Position numbers and translations under genes: made by a program. The notes beneath the pieces are model-generated. The model did not search any database, was not told the DNA's origin, and worked only from the letters and a program-made list of their open reading frames with translations. A DNA stretch of 61,850 nucleotides, the filler included, from Sphacelaria rigidula (Eukaryota), in assembly GCA_964200075.2 (NCBI GenBank). It is 7 parts of 7 records of this genome, joined end to end, with 100 filler letters (N's around TTAATTAATTAA, not from the genome) between each part and the next. Parts side by side here need not be neighbours in the genome. Positions count along the whole stretch, not along the records: positions 44,251 to 53,000 come from CAXNAA020010201.1; positions 53,101 to 61,850 come from CAXNAA020010202.1; 5 more parts are not named here. One strand, 5' to 3'. Shown one piece after another: positions 46,918-58,900 of the stretch; positions within the stretch are counted from its first letter, which is position 1; each line of letters opens with the position of its first letter.

Positions 46918-49900
46918 GATCGAGTACGACCTCAAATACTCTACCCAAATATTGAGTAAGCACTCTCAGTAATACTTGAGTATAGAGCAAGGGCAGGTCG
47001 AGTAGAGTATACTCAATATTCTATTTTCAAAGAGTCATACTTTTAGTACTCAATTTTTTGAGTGGAGTATTTGAGGCCGTACCCAATCTACTCAAATTTT
47101 TGATTACAGCATTTGAGATAATACTCAATCTACTCCAATTTCGAGTAGAGTATCTCCGGCCATGCTCAACCTACTCAAAATTTGACTGAAGCATTTGAGG
47201 CCGTACTCGACCTACTCGAAAATTTGACTACGAGTATTGAGGTCATATCCAAGTGATACTCTATACTCGAGAATTACTGAGGGTGCTTACTCAATATTTG
47301 GGTAGAGTATTTGAGGTCGCACTCGATCTACTCAAGATTTGAGTGGAGTGTTTGAGGCCGTACTCGACCTACTAAAAAATTGAGTAGAGTATTTGAGGCC
47401 GTACTCGACACCGTGTACACATTTCCGATGGTTCTATACACGGGGGCCGCCTCTACAACGCGGACCGCCAGAGCCTCTTTTGGGGTCAGGTCTATCACTC
47501 CTGACCTCGTCGCGCCTTCTCGTGTTCCTTCCTCTGGCGACTGTTCCGACGTTTTCGCGTCTTGCACTGTTTCCATCGCTGGCTCTCCAACGGAGGAGGA
47601 GTCACATATGTGGCCAGTAGAGTCGCTCATTTTGATAATACCTACTCGACCACCCGTCTACTCGATTACTCAATGATGATGAGTAGCACTCTGTACTGAA
47701 AGTGATACCGAAGGTGTTGCGAGGTATCGAGTATGTACTGTGCATATCAATATAGATCATGGTGGAAATCCGACGGCGCCAGAACTTCATATTACTGATA
47801 AGTAGCGGGTTCATAGGGTATGCCACCGAGTGGAGTGTCGGGGCTGTACCCGAGAGCTGTGCTTGGGACAGCCCCTACGAGGGTGATGAGCAAGCCATTC
47901 CCAACAGTTGCTTGTGAAGACCCTGCTGATGAAGCTGCTACGGTACCAGCAGCTGCGTGGGCTCTCTGGCTGCTGCTCCCTGCTGCACCAGCAGCGGCTG
48001 TATTTGTACGCTTAGGGATGGGACAGCGGTGCCGATATTGCTGCTGCTGTTGCTCCTGCTGCTTCTATTGCTCGTGCGAAAGACGGTCCGCGTTTCGACC
48101 GTGCGACAATGCCGATGCATCTTTGTTCGTGGTTTCCACCCTGCTGGGAACCCCTGCCCATACCACCCGCCGATGTGTGCGTACTTGCTTCTCGGTGAAG
48201 TGCTGGGAATTACCGGTAGCTGTGCACGTCTCTCTTTGGGGCCTGTGCACGTCGGGTGTGTAGTCCTCATGTGTGATCATGAGCCGAGCAGCCCGTGCGT
48301 CGCAACCAGTTTACGTCCCCTTTTCGCATTCTCATCGGATTGCTCCTTCGTTGTCACAAGAATGATGAAAACAATATCCATTTTTTTCCCTTTTGTTTTT
48401 AGAATGATTTCGAGGGTGATGATCATGGAGCATTGACCCTCAAGTACGTAGTCAGAAGAATGAAAGTGGGAGAGCGTGAACCGTCACAGTCCATCCCATT
48501 ATCACAATCTCATCGATAATTTTTTGTCTCGATAAGACGGACCCGTTTTTAAATTACAAAATAAGGCTAACCCTAAACCTAACCCCAACCCAAGGCATAA
48601 TAAGAACCCTCTGCCAAGGGGTGCTCTACGCACGTGTGCGCTGGTAGGGCTCAGCACCGATTCCTTCGGGTCTCCTTTTGATATGGGGGAACAGATACTC
48701 CAAGAAACCGGTGAAACCGAGAGGAATCGGAAGTACCAATCACTCGTGACCTCTAGCTCAGAAACACCCAGGTGGTTTTTATCTCTCAACTCATGTCGAC
48801 GACGGGAGAAATAGCTTCCGAGTATATTCCTCGAGGTGGGTTAACCGGCGTTGGGCTACAATATGTCATGGTAGACATATTGTACAACTATTGCTACCCC
48901 TAACCCCAACCCCAACCCCAACCCAAGGCATAACCGAGAACCGTCGGACAAGGGAAGTACATAGGGTTCCCTCGGCAAAGTGCGTCCTTGATAGACCCTA
49001 AATCGGTGCCACAGGCACAGATTTGAACGAAAACGCATTTCGCGCACGCGAGGAGCGCACGGGACTGTCAGCCCTCACTGAAGATTCGATTCTCGTCGTT
49101 CACGCTCAAATCAAGTAATATCAACCATGATGGACATAGTGTAGTCCAACGCCGGTATTTCCCGTCCTCCCGCGGATCAACGTGTACACATTTCCCGTGA
49201 TGATAAGACGGGACGCGATGTGAATTGTCACGGGACCGTGCTTCCCTTGGTGTTATCTGAGCATGAAAGGGTCAGAAAAGTTGTGCCAGCGTGCGCGCCC
49301 GACCCATCTGCGCTTTTTATGGGTATCGTTGGATACTGTTTACGTTTACCAGAGACCCGACGAGGATGTACAAGACGGACCCTTCCGGGCTGGCCGGCCC
49401 ACGTCACGGTAGAAACGATCTTCGCCGGGACAGGGGGGGTCTCGATCGTGTGTGCATTCTGTGGTATCGGTTTCCGGTACACACAAGGATGGCTTCTATA
49501 GGTGGTCTTCATGTGCTTTTTTCATTTGCGCAGGTAGTAGGCATTAGAGAGTTTCGGAAAACGCTTTCTTGTCATTTCAGAGTGCAAATATCTCAGGATC
49601 AAAGTGTAACGATTTTTGTTTTTCCCCTCCGTCAAATGTGGCATCCTCCCCTTAACTTTTTTTCGATGGTTTTTTTTTTTTCAATTCTGCACTCTGATCC
49701 TGAGATATTTAATATTTGCACTCTGACATGACGACAAAAAAAACGTTTCCCGAAACTCTCGATTGCCCCACAAGAGTTGAGTTTTCTGCCGTATCTTACT
49801 TGAACAACCATTAGTTTTTTTGCAGCATGTGTATAGTCATAACGCCACTCGCACGTCAAGTGCGCCACTGAAAAAAGATTTCGGAAGATAGTGAAATCGA

Positions 49901-50532
49901 GCACTTGTAATATCCGTACTATCTTTGGCCAAACTCTTTTCCTGGTCGCCCGAAAACTGCAAGATTGTCCGCCTCTTCAGCAGTTAACCGCAAGCCACCT
50001 GAAACCATTGTGATGTTTCATGTTTGTACAATGGTGTCTCTGCTCTCCTCATTCCCGTTCCCCCGGTTGTATCCAGCCCACGGGCTAAACTTGGACATCC
50101 ACTATCGACTTCGGAGCGAAGCAAAATATCATCAAAATAAGTCTGGCTCACATTACACCCGCGAGCCAGGGAATAGAACAAGCCGATCGTAAGGGAAATC
50201 TAGGGGACACTAGAAGACACTGACGTATACTCGAAGAAACTGAAGAATAGATACTGGTCGCGGGACGAGGGGTCGGAGGGGAAACCTCACGCGATTAGAT
50301 ATTTCGTATACTTACACAACCATCTTTCATCGAACCTCACCGATACATGCGTCACATTGCAGCTCCAAGACATGAATTACTCGGCGCGGGTGTGTGTACA
50401 CATATATCTCGAAGAGAAATCCTGGATATTGGAGACTGCTTCCAGACTTAGCATCACCCAATGGCTACCTCCCTCCCCGCCACCCCCTCTCCTTCGCTCG
50501 CAAAAACGAAACACGTGTACCATGGAAATCAG

Positions 50533-51984
50533 CGGCGGCTGAGGTGGAGGAGCGAAACCACTTTAAGGTACTTCTGCTAGGGGCGGGAGAATCTGGCAAA
50601 AGCACCGTTCTCAAGTGAGCAATCATCGACTCTCCGGTATTGCGGCAGCGGCCGTTGCCGCTGCTCACTTACAGTAGTATTATTGCACTGGCGGGACACG
50701 TATCGAATATTTGGTGATTTCAGTGTTTTTTCGTACCCGAATATCCATGCACGGTTTTTTCAGCATACCACCAAACCTTCTTCGAAACGAGCTACGACTT
50801 TCTAGGTTTGGTCATCATCTGGCGTAGTTCACAGGGGATCTTATCTGCATGCTGTAGTTTGTGTATTCGCTCTATATGTAGAATGAGTTTGTCGAGGCAA
50901 TCGTACAGTACGACCTTCCATCAGCTCGTGCAATTTGGCGGATCTCGCACAGTGTCATGAGGTTGGACCTGCTCCATTCTCCTTCTTCGGAGTGCTCTGG
51001 CGGAAGGGGTGGCCGAAACAAGACGTCCAGCGCGCGCGCGCGTGTGTGTATCTGCCTCTCGCTTGTCCGTAACTCCTCTCTGGTCTCTGTTCCCCTCTCC
51101 GTGCTTGTCTTGAACCGTACAGTCTCGTTGAGCAGTCGTGTACCGTATCCTAATTCTTGTCCTGCCTGGTTGGTTGGCGTTCCACGCGCGTCGCCTCTCG
51201 CTCGCCGGCGCGATTTCATGGTTACGTTGTCTGGGTCCCAGGCAAGTAAAGATGATTCACAGGGGCAAACACGCAGAGAAGGACACCACGCATTGCATCA
51301 TGGCCATTCGCAAGAACTGCGCAGAGTGCATGCAGGGGGTGCTGAGCGCCATGACCACCTTCGACATCTCCTTGGGCCTGGCCGAGAACGCCCCCCGCAT
51401 GCAGGTGATGGATTTCAGCGACTCTATTATGCGCCCGTGTGTTTCTGTTTGGGCTGATTTTGTGTGCGTGTGTTGTGTGCATCTATGTTCCCTTGTGTTC
51501 TCTTGTTTCGTTTTTTCATGTTGACTCTGTATTCTTGCTTTACGATCGTTTCAACGTACCCTTTTGTGCTTCGCGTACGATGTGTGTTGTTATCGACGTC
51601 GCTCTCAAGTTGAGACACGTCGGTCGGCAGAGGGAAGAGAGAGGGAGAAAAGGTAGACGGACAAGAAGATAGCGACGGATCCAGATCAAGTTTTCATAGA
51701 CACACGCTGACCATCGTGTTCGCTTGAGATCATGCTTATCTTCTGTGACTTCGTCCACTCAATGTTCGTTTCCCCCCGGCCCTGTTGGCGCTGTTTTCGG
51801 TCACGCTTCGCCTTGTTGCCCCCGTGCCCCCGTTTTTTCGTGCGTCCTGTTCTAACCAACTTCTTTTTCTTCAGCGCGTGCTGGATTTTCAAGAGGAGAC
51901 ACCGTTTTCGGAGTCCATCGCTGATGACATTGCGTCGCTTTGGGCAGACGCTGGGGTGCGAGAGGCTTACGATCGCCAAAGCGA
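50533..51984 (+). CDS. GPA: Heterotrimeric G-protein alpha subunit, partial (3 internal exons)
   Basis: Exons are 50533-50614 (AAEVEERNHFKVLLLGAGESGKSTVL; AA|gtgagc), 51242-51404 (KQVKMIHRG...LAENAPRMQ|gtgatg) and 51875-51984 (RVLDFQEETPFSESIADDIASLWADAGVREAYDRQS; GA|gtaagt). Phases are compatible and there is a CTAAC branch point at 51852. P-loop GAGESGKS and the LW.D.GV..AY motif are G-alpha signatures. Confidence 0.95.
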
Positions 51985-52761
51985 GTAAGTATGACTTCGT
52001 TTTTTTTTTTTTTCTGTGGGATACTGCTTTTTTTCTTCAGCGCTTTGGTTTTTGGTCTCAATACAACGGCAGGTAAGTGTGCGGTGTTACTATTTTTCGG
52101 AAGAAACGAAACCGAGAATTGATTAATACACTCATTTATCCCACTGCCAAATGACCAAGGAATCAAGTATTTCATCATATGATCCTTTCATACTAATAGT
52201 GCGCATGTATTGGCCCTGTTTTTGTGCACACATGCGGTGATAATGTCAGATACTGTATTGTGATACCGCGATGGCTGCAAGTCCGCATTTTTTTTCTCTC
52301 TCCAATCGTTTTCGGACTAGCAAATAAAGATAAAATATACCAGTATGCCATGAAGCGCGGGCGAGCTCAACGATCACTTTTTCTTGCCTTCCAAGACACG
52401 ACGGTGCGGGCGGGTACGTGTGGTTGTATCGCTTACACAGCGGAGGCTCGGTGGCAGGGAGAGGCTGTGCACGATATTTGCTGTCCTTTAGTTTCGCCTA
52501 CATATTGTAAAGATGCACCACGTAGCATGTGACGAACGGTCTCTGTGGCGGGAGAACGGCAGGACATGAAATGCCACACGTTGCTTCCGTTCTGTAAGAG
52601 TGGGGCGCGTCGACCCGACCTTACTGTGCGGGTCCGAGAACAATCGGAACAAGATACGTCACACATCAGACATTACAGTATTTTGTATGCGAATAAACAC
52701 GGCAAATGCGCTGTACGACTGAGATATTTTAATTGCGCAGGTAGAATGCTTTTGTCACTAA

Positions 52762-53000
52762 GGGCCCTTCTTAACGAAGGGGATAACCCCCCTATTTCAA
52801 AATCCTCTTTTTCAAAAACGACCAGTGATTGGTCGCTGCGACACCACCCCGTCCAAAAAATCCCCTCAACGTGCACAAAAATTTTCTCTGGAGAGGAGAT
52901 TTCAGGAAGTGCAATAATACTTCCTGAAATCCCCTTTTCAAAAAGGGATTTCCGGACACCTCGAAGGGGAACATACGTGTCCGGTTGACAGGGGCACATG
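52762..53000 (+). mobile_element. Possible left end of a PIF/Harbinger-like MITE, cut by the contig end
   Basis: TAA is followed by GGGCCCTTC and repeated AAATCC(C)CTTTTCAAAA subterminal motifs. The other end is not in the window. Confidence 0.3.
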
Positions 53001-53160
53001 NNNNNNNNNNNNNNNNNNNNNNNNNNNNNNNNNNNNNNNNNNNNTTAATTAATTAANNNNNNNNNNNNNNNNNNNNNNNNNNNNNNNNNNNNNNNNNNNN
53101 CAACTAGACTACTGACAAGTCAGCGCTGACTTGTCAGTAGCCTAGTTGGTAGTCTCTTAA

Positions 53161-53260
53161 ACCGTCACAGAACACAGACACCAGGCGCCGTATGTTCATT
53201 TTTTCTCGCGACATGCACTTTTGGGCTGGTTGTGGGGGGGCGGCTATCGTAGAAAGTGTC
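53161..53260. mobile_element. Right half of the GACACTTTC-TIR MITE
   Basis: Ends GGGGGGGCGGCTATCGTAGAAAGTGTC and is colinear with ~61510-61591. Confidence 0.7.
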
Positions 53261-54230
53261 TTCTGCGAGTTCTCTTGTCAGAGGTTCACCAGTTGAACCA
53301 ATTGTTCGTGTCACGTTGACAGACGAATACTGTGTATTTTTTACACAAGCCACGATAACCATATATATTCCAACAGGGCGGACTTCTTTTGAATAAATCC
53401 GCCGAAAAAATGAACATTATTTGCGCTCAAGCACGACGCAGCGAAAGTTTCAGAACGGCGCCTCCATGCCAGATGTCAGATGATATAAAGGTGTGTCAAT
53501 GAAAACTGTTCGAGCGCAATCATGAAGTCGAGACGAATAGTCGCAGACCCAAACTCGTCCGGCTAAGTATACCCCCGAAAATTGTCGATCGGAGATTCTT
53601 CGGTATCGCAAAGTGCAGTCCGTCCACCTTCCTTATCCCGCACAACGTCGCTATTTTCTTTCTTCAGGAATCAAGTGTAATCGGCCGCCGCACACCCTTT
53701 TTTTTATTTACTCTCAAGACCGAGATGAGCAGTCGTGGGGCGTGAATGTGTCACGTCAAAGGTCACACCCTACACTGTTGGTCGGAGACGTGTCGGTTCA
53801 CACGTTGCATCGCAGTGCATCACCTGTATGTAACGCAACCCCGCCATTTTGTTTTTGCAATCGTGGGGTGCGATAATACCAACCTTCTTCGACAACGACA
53901 ACCCGCTGCGGTGCAACCCGAAGGTTCCTCCGATATTTCCGACATGACTTGACTCGTTGTACGATAAGAGCAAGGGGTATTGCGCGCCATTTCTTGACGA
54001 AAACATCACTTCGAGTAATAATAGCTACTGAAAGCGCCAACTTTGTTCCAACGCACTTGCTACCAATACGAAACACTCAGATATTATTGCGTGGAAATTT
54101 TCACCCAAAGCCACAAAATGCATCCAGAGGGTATGAGATCGTCTGACACACCTCATCACCCTGATTCTGGCGGAATCACCCCCCGCCCCCCTCCCGTCTA
54201 TGGTAGGATGACTCTCAGCTCGTTTCCGAG

Positions 54231-54484
54231 GAGTGATGGTACGGGTAGGGTTGCACTTTTGGAGCGAAAATGTTTCTCGGGGTATTGCACGGATCATTTT
54301 GGGAATCGGCGTCACTTTCACTTGAAAAATACTGAAAATGATGCCGATTCACGAAAAGGCCCCTGTGTGCATCTCCATGTCCTGTCCCCGGAGATTTCGG
54401 TTGCATAGTAAGCCCCATATATTTGGGCTCCTACGAAAACGAGACTCAGAAACAAAAAGTGCAACCCCTATCGTGACATTGCTC
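54231..54484. mobile_element. MITE (254 bp), GAG...CTC termini, 4-bp TSD (CGAG); same family as 21727-22013
   Basis: CGAG lies at 54227-54230 and 54485-54488. Left TIR GAGTGATGGTACGGGTAGGGTTGCACTTTT versus right reverse complement GAGCAATGTCACGATAGGGGTTGCACTTTT. The interior is homologous to the other copy. Confidence 0.85.
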
Positions 54485-55025
54485 CGAGTCAAGGGTCGAT
54501 GCTGCGTTACAAACCCAATGCTTCGACAGGGGACATTTTCCGAGGTCAATATATTGATTCCACACGATCACTTGATGTATGACTTGTAACCACGCCCATC
54601 AAAGGAGTCGAAACGCGGTAGGAAGCAGGGAGGAACGTCACTAGCGCGCATGTAGTGTACCGCGTAGCCGGTGGTGAGCGAGGTACTTTTCATTCGGCTA
54701 GAAGATGTGTAATGCGTGGGAGGACCGCGTGCTTTTTGGACCGCATCGTAGCTCAAAACACCCCAGGACCGACCCGCCAGTCTCTGCAGGGACCGCGCCC
54801 CTGAAGCCCAACCGTAACCTTAACCCTGTCCATGGAGATGTGTATATTCCGACGTGATCCCCTAAGCACGCGGTCCTACCACGCATCACAAGGTGGTTTC
54901 CTCCTTGTATACAGGCTGGTTCACGGGAAAAAAGAAAAAAAAACTGTCATGAACAAATGCCTTCTGCGATACTCACCCAATAGTCGCGTACATGGGTATC
55001 ATACCGACCGCAATGAACAGACGGA

Positions 55026-58000
55026 TAGGGTGACATAGCCGGGTTTTTTGTAAAGGCTATAGCGGTGGCGCTATGGACAAAAATGTGTCTCGACCAATCA
55101 GCGCCTTTCAAACTGTTCCGAAATTGCAAATACGAATTTTAAGCCCAAGTTCTACCGGATCCCCGCATGCTTCAAATCGTAGTGACCATCATCATCACAT
55201 CAAGAATCTAACGGGAGAAATGGATTTGAAAACGGTTCCAACGGGGTCGAATTATACCCGAAACCGTAATGTTTTCGGTGATGTGGAGTTTGGCGTCGTC
55301 TAATTTCCACTCATGATACGCAGGAAAGACTCAGGGAGCCTCGTGACGATTTCCCTGATAACTGTTGTAGAAAGCTCAGATCATCCTCAAACTTGGCAGT
55401 TCCGTAGGTATTGATGCTCCAAACGGGAAACTTGTGCTCTTGGCAAGGGTTCAAAGTTTCTCCGTTCTATACCGGCTTCCGGGGGTCCCAGTACAAAGAA
55501 CCCCGAAAGGGGGTACATAATGACTCAAAAGAAAAAATAATGACATAAAGCGTTCCAGGATGGTCCAAGGAACACATGCACAATTTTTGGTAGCGAAACC
55601 CGAAAATCGCATACAATTTTTCCTGCCTTGTCGTAAAATTCACCCTAAAACATATTTTCATACTCAAACCGAATAGTTAGGAGTTTGCACGTTTTAAGCT
55701 CACATCCTCGCCCATACGCGCAATCTTGACGCATTTATTAGGAGTTAGACCCTGAAACGTTTCACAAATGAGCTATGAATCATCTCAAAAGTTTCGATCA
55801 ACGAGTTTTTCCTATTTCTTGAATTTTTTACCGTCTTTCGGGGGTCCGACGGGATCCAAGTCGTTTACTCGAGGTCCTCCATTCTGGGACCCCGGAAAAC
55901 CGGCACGAAAGTTTTTTCTTCGTATTTTTTGCAAACCCTCTGCCGCCGCACACCCAAGGCAGAACTTCACAAAGTTTCGTGGCCAACCTCGATTAACTGG
56001 TGCTTGAATTTTCATGTTCACGTCGAAAAAGGCCCTAAAATGCCATTTTTATACCAAAATCTAGTAGTTTGGCGTTTCACCGTGGCACGGCAAGGTTCAT
56101 CACACAAACGCGAAAACCTTCATGCCGTTTGAAGGAAGTAGACCCTGAATTTTTGCACGGGTGTTCTATGGGTCATTACGCAACTTTGTATGAGCGGGTT
56201 TTTTTTTTCACCGTTTCACGAGGGTCTGAATGGATCGAAGGTTTCCCGACAAAACCGGGACCCCGGGAAAACGGGGGGAAAAGTCAAACAGTCAGAGAAA
56301 AACTTCGTCCCTGCAAAGTTGCGTAATGACCCGTAGAACACCTGTGCAAGTTTTCAGGGTCTAACTTAAAACGGCGTGAAGTTTTGCCGATGAGTGTTTT
56401 TTTTTTTTTCCCGTGAACCAGCCTGTATTTGTCTTGTCTTTCATTCTTCCTCTCTCTTTTGCCAGTCTATTGTACTGCCGACGGATTCCTCCCCCGGTCG
56501 CCGTCGTACAACTCGCCGCTCTGTCGCCTATTTACTGCTTGATCACGCCATTAGATGTAGGAGGTTCGGCGAATTCCTGACAGTCCGCCAGATGCCGGGC
56601 TCGCTCCTCACCGTTTTCATCTTGTACTCGGGGGGGGAGGGGGGCATGTCCACGAATTCCTTCCCTTGCCCCCTTTTGTGCCCCCTTCCTTTCCGCCAGA
56701 GTTTCCGTCCACAATCGTTCTGGCTCAAGGTTCGCTCTACAGACGCACGATTCCTCCATCGCACCGGATCTCCATCTCCAGGTTGTGGTTCCGATGCCCT
56801 CTCATCTCGTCCTCTCGAAACTCGTCATGCAAGGGACAGCGATTTCCGGGGGCTTGCGATGTTTCCAGTGTGCCACGGTGGTGGGGGCCGCGTAATTGTG
56901 CCGCGCCCAGTTCGTCGTAGCTGGCCGACTTCCTTCAGGCGCTCATGCTGAAACGCTGTACCGCGAAAAAGGATTTGAAGCACGGCGTTTTCCAGTACCC
57001 TGATTTCGAGGGTCCACCGGTACAGCCAGTGATACTCTGTGAGAACACTCGGCCAAACTTTTGGGGGCGGAGGGTCTCTCTGGAAAATGGCAGCAACAGG
57101 TTTGCGTCGACATTCACCATTCCTTCAAAGTTTGCTTGAACACCCGAGGTAACAGTAATAATCTCTCGATCAAGTCAGCATCCTTGAAACAGTTACAAGA
57201 CAGCGCCGCTGGAAGCGCGAGCACTTAAACCATAAGGAAAGACCTCTCCACACCTACGGAAAGGGTCTGCCAACGGTAAGTCTCCAAGATTTAATTTTCG
57301 TCCAAGCCGTTTGTTTGCAGTATCCTTATCGTCTGCATCACTTACCATCGCGAGATCGCCAGCTGCGCCAGACTTCAATCAAGGTCGTCCAACGTCCGGC
57401 AACTCAGCGATGTATTGAAAATTTTTGTAGAGAAGAACTTGCGCTTGTGTTCAATTCACTACCGCTATCAGCCGGGGTGGACATATTCTTTCATGTCGCA
57501 GGCTTCATACAAGGCTTGCCTTGGTCATATTTGTGTGCAGTTGGGAGAAGGGTTGGGCGGCCGAAGGCTAATTTTTGAACCAGTACGCCCGAGAGAATGA
57601 ACTCGTCCCTTCCTCCACTTTTTACGGAAAGAAAACCATGAAGGTAGAGAGCAAGAGGCCCATATTTCCCGTCGGCTTTCGGGCTAGATGCCCTACACCT
57701 ACAGACAGGTGCAGTGCTCACAGGAGCACCGGCAGACAGAGCGCTCACCTGATGTTTCCCATTACAGGCGGACGCAGACGGCCTCTACCGTTACATGGAT
57801 TCATCTTTCGGTGCTGATAAACTAGACAGTATCATAGGTAGTATCGAGTGGTCTAGTGAGTGTACGCAAGTGCAGCTATTGTAGAGGACAATGTTCGACA
57901 TCAACCCGGGACGATTGTGCACAGGCCACACTGATGTGTGCCACGTATACTTCCGGGGATAATGCAGGGACACCGAACGGAGCAAGCGAATTTGCGCACC

Positions 58001-58900
58001 ATTTCTCATCGGATCATTACCGCGACTACTATGATGTGAATCAACGACATGTATCACGCGGGAAAATATGCACGAAAAGGGTTCATGTTTGTATAAATCG
58101 AAACATACAATTTCCTCATGTATGTCTGCAGGTAGTTGATCCTTGCTCTTCAACTCCCCAAGCGCCACGCTCAGCGTCGCGCTGCTACACCGGGAGCAAT
58201 CCGACACCTACTGTGATTTTACTTCTTCTGACTGACCTCTTTGGGTGCTCGTTCTGTGTGCGCGGACGAGAAATACGTGAACAAACGGTGGCAATTTGAC
58301 TTTTTTCCGGGTGGATGTTTCACGTGCCTTACCCCCTGGGTGGTGGAGGCAATAGATCGGTCGTTGATCGACAACCGAAGTAATGTGGAAACCAGGGGCT
58401 TCGGTGAGACAGTATACATGAGTCAGGGCCTGAGGATCATGGAGAAAACTCGACGCATCCACCGAGGACAATGCTTTTCAACCAGATGGGGTAGCTCCTT
58501 CCCCCTCGTCGGGGTTAAAGGTTTCCCCAAGCGGTTTTCTTTTTCATACGGTCTGACACCCGATAGGGCGACCACGACGGTGTCCGTTCGAGTCCGAGCA
58601 TTATACTATGTCGATCAATGCACCGGGTTGCCGAATTTGTCGACGTTTTCCTTCAAGTACAGGTCGATGTGGTCACAGGATCCACCATTTAACCGTTAGA
58701 GTATTTTGTACCTACCCCCGACAGTCATTTTTCAAGTACAACTACGGCGATGCGTTTATGATTCACAGTACTTGGCGGGAGAGAATTGATCACTCGACAC
58801 CAGGCTCCGGTCCATCTGCGCCGTTTGTCAAAGCAAACAACGTTGACCCAAATATATCCCACCCTCTGACATTCCAAACGGGCTATGTTTGACCGCGAGA
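55026..58900 (-). mobile_element. Large degenerate DNA transposon: long terminal/subterminal region (~55026-56400) plus eroded minus-strand coding region
   Basis: 55028-55200 is homologous to 61605-61775. Minus-strand fragments include 'GDLAMVSDADD...DPFRRCGEV', similar in pattern to the domain in ORF 24349..24999, and a weak GHTH..DQ-like relic near 57930. The far boundary is uncertain. Confidence 0.4.

Larger units (their letters stand above)
45130..47410. repeat. ~40-bp satellite arrays (45190-45725 and 46490-46990 forward, ~47050-47410 inverted)
   Basis: Unit is about TACTCTACTCAAATTTTGAGTAG(G/A)TCGAGTACGGCCTC(A/C)AA. It is reverse-complemented after ~47050. A leader GCAAG.G.AGGTCGAGTAGAGT is shared at ~45130 and ~46987. 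Confidence 0.92.

Noticed and set aside
45190..47410. CRISPR-like array of ~40-bp palindromic units
   Set aside because: Units are contiguous and degenerate with no unique spacers, there are no cas genes, and the context is eukaryotic.
47820..48436. Overlapping Cys/Ala/Gln-rich ORFs
   Set aside because: Low-complexity CTG/CAG DNA; the most coding-like minus frame has an internal stop and no recognisable family.
50160..50188. Candidate upstream G-alpha exon (ASQGIEQAD C|gtaagg)
   Set aside because: Phase and spacing fit, but there is no ATG or convincing acceptor and it would put Pro in the N-terminal helix. It needs RNA evidence.
35401..53000. Functional linkage of the Rieske oxygenase and G-alpha genes
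   Set aside because: They are on different contigs joined by an artificial spacer.
8751..53100. Exact 8,850-bp periodicity with a TTAATTAATTAA motif as a biological repeat
   Set aside because: The motif is embedded in N runs and is a synthetic six-frame-stop linker.
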